From a virus: a stretch of DNA of 64,000 nt. The translations under genes and the position numbers were made by a program. Positions 58,309 through 64,000 of this stretch are shown in pieces (position 1 is the stretch's first letter; each line of letters begins with the position of its first letter). The notes under the pieces are model-generated. The model had not been told where the DNA came from. It searched no databases and saw only the letters and a program-made list of their open reading frames with translations. The stretch is from positions 64,001-128,000 of the IMG/VR virus record IMGVR_UViG_3300032116_000032, one strand, 5' to 3'.

Positions 58309-59514
58309 ATGAGAGACTTCATTAAAAATTTCTTATTAGAACAAGATGAGAATCTTGTTACACTAACTCCTGATCAATATATCGAAACATTAGAAGATGT
58401 TGGTGGAATTGCGGCGAGAGTTTCAAATCTAAAACCTTATCGTGGTAAAGGTATTGTTATTAACGGTGATTTAGATCTTAGAAAATTTAAAACTGTTGGA
58501 CCACTTACAGGAATTGTGAGAGTAATGGGTAGGTTAGATATATCCAATACGAATGTTCCAAATCTTGATGGTGTTACCGTAGATAGATATGTTAGTAATT
58601 GGGGATCAACAATGCATACAATTAAATTAAAACAAGAAAGAAATAAAAAACTTTCAGAATTGGCCGATTATAGAGAAAATGATGAGTGGAATACAGAAAA
58701 CAAAGACGATGATTCTGAAAGAACTGAAGCTTTATATGAATTTTTGGTTGAAGAAGGTATACCTACTTTATATGAAGACGACAATGGTGAAGAAGTAGAA
58801 GAAGACAAATATTTTATTTATCCTAATAGCACTGGAACTTACGGTATTGGAAAACAATACGAATGGTTAGGTAGTGATACTTTACAACCTGATACATATG
58901 ATGTTTATACTCAAGATGAGTTAGATATTGCCGCTAGAAGATATGTTGAAAATGCTATTGATGACATGGGTTATGAGGCATTTACAAGTTGGGTTTGGGA
59001 TCAAGCACTTGATAGAGGACAGTGGGAAAGTTGGTTAGAAGATTTTTATGAAGATATAATTAGAGATGATCCTGAAAACTATGATATAGGACTTGAATTA
59101 TCTACAAATCAACAACATCAAGTTAATCAATTAAAAAAAACTATAGAAAATCTAAATAATAAATTAAAAAGTGAGGAATTGTCTGACGAAGAATACGAAA
59201 ACATCGAAAGAAAAATTGAAGGTTTAGAAGAGACGATAGAAGAAATTATAGAAGATCCACAAGGTGGTTATGATGAAAGTTCCATACAGAATGAAATCAA
59301 TGATAGAGTTAATGAATATGTTGATGATATTGATGATTTTATTAAACACTACGGATATGAAAAAAGTTTTATAATGGATTTTGTTGATTTAGATGAGGTT
59401 ACGGATATTGTCGTAAATAGTGATGGATATGGTAATCTATTAAACTCTTATGATGGAGAAATGTTTGAAACACAGGTAAACGGTGACTGGTATTTTGTAA
59501 TGAGGGCTAGTTAG
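58309..59514 (+). CDS. Highly acidic hypothetical late protein with leader MRDFIKNFLLE
   Basis: TATTTAT at 58297 supports the 58309 start; coiled coil; C-terminal GYGNLLNSYDG. Confidence 0.65.
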   Translation: MRDFIKNFLLEQDENLVTLTPDQYIETLEDVGGIAARVSNLKPYRGKGIVINGDLDLRKFKTVGPLTGIVRVMGRLDISNTNVPNLDGVTVDRYVSNWGSTMHTIKLKQERNKKLSELADYRENDEWNTENKDDDSERTEALYEFLVEEGIPTLYEDDNGEEVEEDKYFIYPNSTGTYGIGKQYEWLGSDTLQPDTYDVYTQDELDIAARRYVENAIDDMGYEAFTSWVWDQALDRGQWESWLEDFYEDIIRDDPENYDIGLELSTNQQHQVNQLKKTIENLNNKLKSEELSDEEYENIERKIEGLEETIEEIIEDPQGGYDESSIQNEINDRVNEYVDDIDDFIKHYGYEKSFIMDFVDLDEVTDIVVNSDGYGNLLNSYDGEMFETQVNGDWYFVMRAS

Positions 59515-59554
59515 GTCTTTATTTGTTGAACAATATATCATATTTTTATTATGA

Positions 59555-60322
59555 ATGGCACGAAGAAAAAAAATAGAATTTTTAATGAACACCGATTGGA
59601 TGTTCGAAAAACCTATTGATAGAGAATACAAAGAATACAAACTACTTTCTTATTTCCAAAAGATGGGAGATAAACTCGATAAATTAGAGTTATATCCAGG
59701 ATTTATTGAATTATCATTACACTTAATGAATATACAAGCTCTTATGAGAGATAAGAAAATTGTCTACACGGATAAAAAATTAAATACTGTAGACGATGAG
59801 ATTATGGTGAAGGATCTAAAAGTTAAGGACGCCCCAACCATGTCCGATGAAGAAAATGAAGAATTTAGAAAAATCTTATCTTATTCAGCACCAAGAATTA
59901 TGGAATACTTTAATGTTGCAAAGTCTGTTTGGACAATAGTATTTGATTCTTTGGATATGAAAATCAAAAGAAATAAAAAAAATATTTTACACCCGAAAGG
60001 GTATTTCTACTATACTCAAACCGAAAGTAAAAAAACTTATGTTTGGGAGTATGTAATCAAGAAAGAAACAAAAACCAACCCACAAAGAATGGCGAATATA
60101 AATTTAATTTATTTCGATGAGATCGGAGATTTGACCATTCCAAAAATAATATCTACATTTTCTACATACGAACCAAAAGACAAGAGAATGGGACCAGTAT
60201 TTCAAATGTCATCAAACGGAATTTTTCCTGTTAATGAAACATTATTACCCCTATTCAAAAGAAGAATTGCGGGACTTATCTCACAAACAAAAAACCTAGA
60301 AGAAAAGCAAGAAACAGAATAA
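59555..60322 (+). CDS. Hypothetical protein
   Basis: 255-aa ORF. Confidence 0.6.
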   Translation: MARRKKIEFLMNTDWMFEKPIDREYKEYKLLSYFQKMGDKLDKLELYPGFIELSLHLMNIQALMRDKKIVYTDKKLNTVDDEIMVKDLKVKDAPTMSDEENEEFRKILSYSAPRIMEYFNVAKSVWTIVFDSLDMKIKRNKKNILHPKGYFYYTQTESKKTYVWEYVIKKETKTNPQRMANINLIYFDEIGDLTIPKIISTFSTYEPKDKRMGPVFQMSSNGIFPVNETLLPLFKRRIAGLISQTKNLEEKQETE

Positions 60323-60324
60323 TC

Positions 60325-60507
60325 ATGGGATTTAATAAGAGAATATTAAAGAAAGAAAACATTTTAAATAACCTCCCAAATCTTATGACCTATTTAGATG
60401 CCGATGCAATTATTTGCACCGACAATTTTTCACGCGAGGTATATGGGTTATTTCGTATAGGATCATCAAAAGAAGAAATAATAAATCTAATAAATAAAAT
60501 AAAATGA
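60325..60507 (+). CDS. Small hypothetical protein
   Basis: Coupled to the glutamine synthetase gene. Confidence 0.55.
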   Translation: MGFNKRILKKENILNNLPNLMTYLDADAIICTDNFSREVYGLFRIGSSKEEIINLINKIK

Positions 60508-61637
60508 AAATTAAATTGGAATATGTTTGGTTAGACGGATATAAACCTGAACCTAACCTAAGAAGTAAAGTTAAGATTGTTGATTACGAATCTGTTAAGA
60601 ACGCATTTCTTGATGGTAATTTTCCTATGTGGAATTTTGATGGGTCATCAACAAATCAAGCTGACACGGGAAACTCTGATCGTTTGTTAAAACCTGTGAG
60701 ACATTACGCTCCGACTAATTTTTTAAAAAATAATAATCCTGTGTATGTTTTGTGTGAGGTATTAAATCCTGATGGAACACCACACCAATCCAATAAAAGA
60801 TCTGAAATTGGAGAAAATTTTGAAGATCTTTGGTTTGGTTTTGAGCAAGAATACTTCATTCGTGAAGAAGTGAATGGTAATATTTTGGGACACAAAAGAA
60901 ATATCCTTAAAGGTCAAGGTGAGTACTACTGTGGTGTAGGTCATAATGTTGTTGGTCGTCCATTTGTTGAAGAACATTTAAATATGTGTCTTGAATATGG
61001 TATTGATATTACTGGGACAAATGCTGAGGTTGCTTTGGGTCAATGGGAATACCAAGTATTCTCAAAAGGAAAATTAAAAGGTGGAGATGATCTTTGGATG
61101 TCTAGATACTTCCTATTCAAGATTGCTGAGAACTATGGTTATCACATTGAACTTCACCCAAAACCAATCACACACGGAGAGTGGAATGGTTCAGGACTTC
61201 ACACAAATTTCTCAACCGACCAAATGAGATTTGATGGAAACGAAGAATACTTCATGGCATTATTCAATGCATTTGAGTCAAGACATGAAGACCATATCAA
61301 AGCATACGGATCAAACAATCATTTACGATTAACAGGTGAATATGAAACACAAGCAATTGATAAGTTCAGTTGGGGTGTATCTGATCGTGGAGCATCAATT
61401 AGAGTTCCTCAGGACACCGCAAAAGAATGGAAAGGATATGTTGAAGATCGTAGACCTGGATCAAATGCGGACCCATACAAAATCATTCGTGAGATTGTTA
61501 ACTCATTATATGTTGCACAACTTCTTTATGACACAAAAACTATGATTAATAAAGACGTTGATTTGAATGGTCTTAGTGAGAAGTATGGAACAATGTCTAA
61601 CGAGGAGTTATTAAAAGAATATAGAGAAGAAGAATAA
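60504..61637 (+). CDS. glnII: Glutamine synthetase type II
   Basis: LEYVWLDG, WNFDGSST, WFGFEQEY, YYCGVG, NAEVALGQWEYQ, HPKP...WNGSGLHTNFST, RGASIRVP, EDRRPGSNADPY. Confidence 0.92.
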   Translation: MKIKLEYVWLDGYKPEPNLRSKVKIVDYESVKNAFLDGNFPMWNFDGSSTNQADTGNSDRLLKPVRHYAPTNFLKNNNPVYVLCEVLNPDGTPHQSNKRSEIGENFEDLWFGFEQEYFIREEVNGNILGHKRNILKGQGEYYCGVGHNVVGRPFVEEHLNMCLEYGIDITGTNAEVALGQWEYQVFSKGKLKGGDDLWMSRYFLFKIAENYGYHIELHPKPITHGEWNGSGLHTNFSTDQMRFDGNEEYFMALFNAFESRHEDHIKAYGSNNHLRLTGEYETQAIDKFSWGVSDRGASIRVPQDTAKEWKGYVEDRRPGSNADPYKIIREIVNSLYVAQLLYDTKTMINKDVDLNGLSEKYGTMSNEELLKEYREEE

Positions 61638-61906
61638 TGGATAAACAATGTGTTTGTGGTGGAACAGGTCCTTGTCAATGCCCACCACCAAAAGTAGAAC
61701 AAGTTAATCACCCACAACATTATGGAGGTGAAAATAATCCTTACGAAGCTATCAAAGTTATTGATGCTTGGGATTTAGGATTTAGTTTAGGAAATACAGT
61801 AAAATATATATCACGTGCAGGAAAAAAAGGAAAAGATAAAGAACTTGAGGACCTCAGAAAAGCACTCTGGTACCTCCAACACCACATCGAAACACTCGAA
61901 AAGTAA
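61637..61906 (+). CDS. DUF3310 protein (T7 gp1.7/SaV-like)
   Basis: VNHPQHY...EAIKVI...GNTVKYISRAGKK...EDLRKALWYL. Confidence 0.85.
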   Translation: MDKQCVCGGTGPCQCPPPKVEQVNHPQHYGGENNPYEAIKVIDAWDLGFSLGNTVKYISRAGKKGKDKELEDLRKALWYLQHHIETLEK

Positions 61907-62210
61907 AACAGGTTTTGATAAAGAGATCAGTGTTTGGGACGCTCTTACAACACCAAACGAGTTATTAAGAGAAACCCTAATTAACTTTATGTGGGGGTTT
62001 TTAGGTAACTCTATTGTAGTATTTGCGGCAAAGGAACTGGACTTTTTAGTTCTTATAAATTATATTGTCTATTACATACTAATTTCTTATATTGTGAATA
62101 GAAAGAAATATGAAACTATGTTAGGTAAGTTCATTATTCTTCCTGGATCTGCGGCGGCAGGTGCATTCACAGGATATAAATTGGCTCAAATGATTTCGAA
62201 TTTTATTTAA
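61815..62210 (+). CDS. Three-TM membrane protein; true start uncertain
   Basis: Hydrophobic helices from FMWGFLGNSIVVF onward; the ATG at 61815 overlaps the DUF3310 gene. Confidence 0.5.
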   Translation: MQEKKEKIKNLRTSEKHSGTSNTTSKHSKSKTGFDKEISVWDALTTPNELLRETLINFMWGFLGNSIVVFAAKELDFLVLINYIVYYILISYIVNRKKYETMLGKFIILPGSAAAGAFTGYKLAQMISNFI

Positions 62211-62212
62211 CT

Positions 62213-62362
62213 ATGGAAAAAGATTGGAACCCAAACGACTTTCAAGGAAGGTCAAAAGATCAAGTAGAAAGAAACTATAGAGTTTTTGCTATTTTTTTAA
62301 TTTTAAGTTGGTTAATTGGGACAGGTCTTGTTTTATACTCTATAATTGATTACATTTTTTAA
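62213..62362 (+). CDS. Small single-TM protein (49 aa), not in the ORF track
   Basis: MEKDWNPNDFQGRSKDQVERNYRVFAIFLILSWLIGTGLVLYSIIDYIF. Confidence 0.6.
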   Translation: MEKDWNPNDFQGRSKDQVERNYRVFAIFLILSWLIGTGLVLYSIIDYIF

Positions 62363-62373
62363 TCTATAATAAT

Positions 62374-62904
62374 ATGAAATACCACAAAATTACACTTGGG
62401 CATCGAGGGGCGGAAATATATCCGTTTAAATTAAACACAGAACAATACAATACTTTTCAAGAAAAAAGAGTTGAGTTTGATGAAATGGATTATGATCAGA
62501 TTTGTGAAGTGTTGGGTGTTGAAAGTTATTTTGATTCTGAGTTAGAAACTTTAATAGGTCCTTATCCTGATACTTTTTATATGAAAGTTGAAGATGAGGA
62601 TGGTAATTTAGTTTATGAAACTGAAGAACTTGATCGTGAAAAATGTGATTACGAAGAAAAGTATTGTAGTCAAGATGCTTATCTTATAATAGAAGATTAT
62701 TGTAAGGGTAACATATTAGTGTATGATATACCATTAGAAGAAGACTTTGATGTAGAAAAAATTAGATTTGAAGTTAAAGATGTTGGTTGTAGAATTGAAA
62801 TTGTCACAGATATGTTCTATGATGATAAAAGATATGAAATTTATAAATCATTTGGGGATATGACATCGAAAGGTTACTATTACCATATAACAGCAGGAAT
62901 TTAA
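62374..62904 (+). CDS. Acidic hypothetical protein
   Basis: 176-aa ORF. Confidence 0.6.
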   Translation: MKYHKITLGHRGAEIYPFKLNTEQYNTFQEKRVEFDEMDYDQICEVLGVESYFDSELETLIGPYPDTFYMKVEDEDGNLVYETEELDREKCDYEEKYCSQDAYLIIEDYCKGNILVYDIPLEEDFDVEKIRFEVKDVGCRIEIVTDMFYDDKRYEIYKSFGDMTSKGYYYHITAGI

Positions 62905-62907
62905 AAA

Positions 62908-63759
62908 ATGATAGAAACAGGAAAAATTATTAACGGAGATTGTATTGAGGTAATGAAAACTTTACCTGAAGGATCTGTGGATCTGATAGTTACATCTCCA
63001 CCTTATGGGGTTGGTATTGACTATGATGTTCATGAAGATGACACGGAGTTCAACGAGTATGTTGAGTTTGCAAAGTCTTGGTTATCTGAGGCTTATCGAC
63101 TATTAAAAGATGATGGAAGAATAGCTCTGAACATTCCTTACGAAATTAATCGTCAGAAAAAAGGTGGTCGTATTTTCTTTGTGTCAGAGATGTGGCAGAT
63201 TATGAAAGAAATCGGTTTTGGTTTCTTTGGTATTGTGGATTTAGAAGAACAATCACCACATAGAAGTAAAACTACCGCTTGGGGATCTTGGATGAGCCCA
63301 AGTTCACCGTACATTTATAACCCAAAAGAATGTGTAATTTTGGCATACAAAAACAAACACATTAAAAAAATCAAAGGTCAACCACAATGGACTGGAGAAT
63401 TAACTGAAATTGAAAATGAAGATGGTTCGAAAAGAAATAAAATGGTCTATGATGAGAATGATAAAAAAGAATTTATGGAACTTGTGTTTGGTCAGTGGAA
63501 TTACTTTGCAGATACTAAATCACTCACCAAGGCAACTTTCTCGATGGACATACCAACTAAAGCGATCAAGATATTATCCTACAAGAACGATGTAGTTTTA
63601 GATCCGTTTGCAGGATCAGGAACTAGTTTAGTGGCGGCTGAGATATTAAACAGAAGATGGTTGGGAATAGAATTATCACCAAATTATTGTGATGTTGCTC
63701 GAGGAAGAGTCCAAGCTTTTGTTGATGAAAAAACAAAAGTAAAAATTGAAAGTGAGTGA
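62908..63759 (+). CDS. DNA amino-methyltransferase (N4-C/N6-A, beta class)
   Basis: INGDC, VTSPPY precedes VLDPFAGSGTS (motif IV before motif I). Confidence 0.88.
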   Translation: MIETGKIINGDCIEVMKTLPEGSVDLIVTSPPYGVGIDYDVHEDDTEFNEYVEFAKSWLSEAYRLLKDDGRIALNIPYEINRQKKGGRIFFVSEMWQIMKEIGFGFFGIVDLEEQSPHRSKTTAWGSWMSPSSPYIYNPKECVILAYKNKHIKKIKGQPQWTGELTEIENEDGSKRNKMVYDENDKKEFMELVFGQWNYFADTKSLTKATFSMDIPTKAIKILSYKNDVVLDPFAGSGTSLVAAEILNRRWLGIELSPNYCDVARGRVQAFVDEKTKVKIESE

Positions 63760-63771
63760 TATTTATATGAT

Positions 63772-63960
63772 ATGAAAAACTATTTAATCAACGAGAAACA
63801 ACTTAAGAGAATTCTTGAACAAGTTGAGGATGAAGAAAACAAATCAGAAGATGATCAAACTAATGACGAAACTGTAAGTAGTGGTTTTTTTGACGACATC
63901 GTAAAAAAACCTTTGGACTCTAGTGATCCTTTGAAAATGTTTTTTGATTCCCTAAATTAA
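63772..63960 (+). CDS. Small acidic late protein with leader MKNYLINEKQLKRILE
   Basis: TATTTAT at 63760. Confidence 0.55.
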   Translation: MKNYLINEKQLKRILEQVEDEENKSEDDQTNDETVSSGFFDDIVKKPLDSSDPLKMFFDSLN

Positions 63961-63999
63961 TTCAATCAGGTCATCTTCTTTAATATTGTATTTTTTACA
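63952..63999 (-). CDS. 3' end of a gene cut by the window edge, DUF192-like C-terminus
   Basis: CKKYNIKEDDLIELI-stop. Confidence 0.25.
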   Translation of the reverse strand, partial: CKKYNIKEDDLIELI

Positions 64000-64000
64000 A

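Noticed and set aside
1-64000. Stop-codon reassignment as seen in some large Bacteroidota phages
   Set aside because: Long genes (1863, 995 and 790 aa, GS, sigma) are intact under the standard code, and TAG, TGA and TAA all end coupled genes.
1-64000. Bacterial chromosome or prophage origin
   Set aside because: No integrase, att-like site, rRNA or ribosomal operon. Host-like genes are interspersed with phage late-motif genes at uniform composition.

Overview
This 64-kb, AT-rich, gene-dense window is part of a large tailed-phage genome (jumbo/huge myovirus-like), read with the standard genetic code. The host is probably Bacteroidota. Support for that: TTG-N19/20-TAnnTTTG promoters, mostly SD-less A-rich starts, a Bacteroidota-type sigma factor, SprB repeats, an Hc1-like protein and a GSII enzyme. 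Layout: (1) 1-28 kb, baseplate/tail/fibre genes with SprB, Gly-X-X and Thr/Pro-rich repeats, plus an embedded glycosyltransferase and a RuvC-like nuclease. (2) 28-36.6 kb, primase, PD-(D/E)XK nuclease, Mre11/Rad50 (gp47/gp46) and a sigma-70 factor. (3) 36.6-42.6 kb, a candidate structured ncRNA, membrane/amidase genes and acidic head-associated proteins. (4) 42.6-64 kb, host-like and accessory genes (Hc1, DnaJ, Dam-like MTase, LRR protein, DUF932, thioredoxin, glutaredoxin, glutamine synthetase, DUF3310, N4/N6 MTase) mixed with many small proteins that share N-terminal leaders. The strongest leads are a putative phage-encoded virion O-glycosylation system, a TATTTAT late regulon of proteins with T4-like capsid-targeting/cleavage leaders, a 141-bp block copied without substitutions between two genes 11 kb apart, and a promoter-to-terminator structured RNA behind the sigma gene. 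All family assignments come from motif recognition by eye; no database searches were run.
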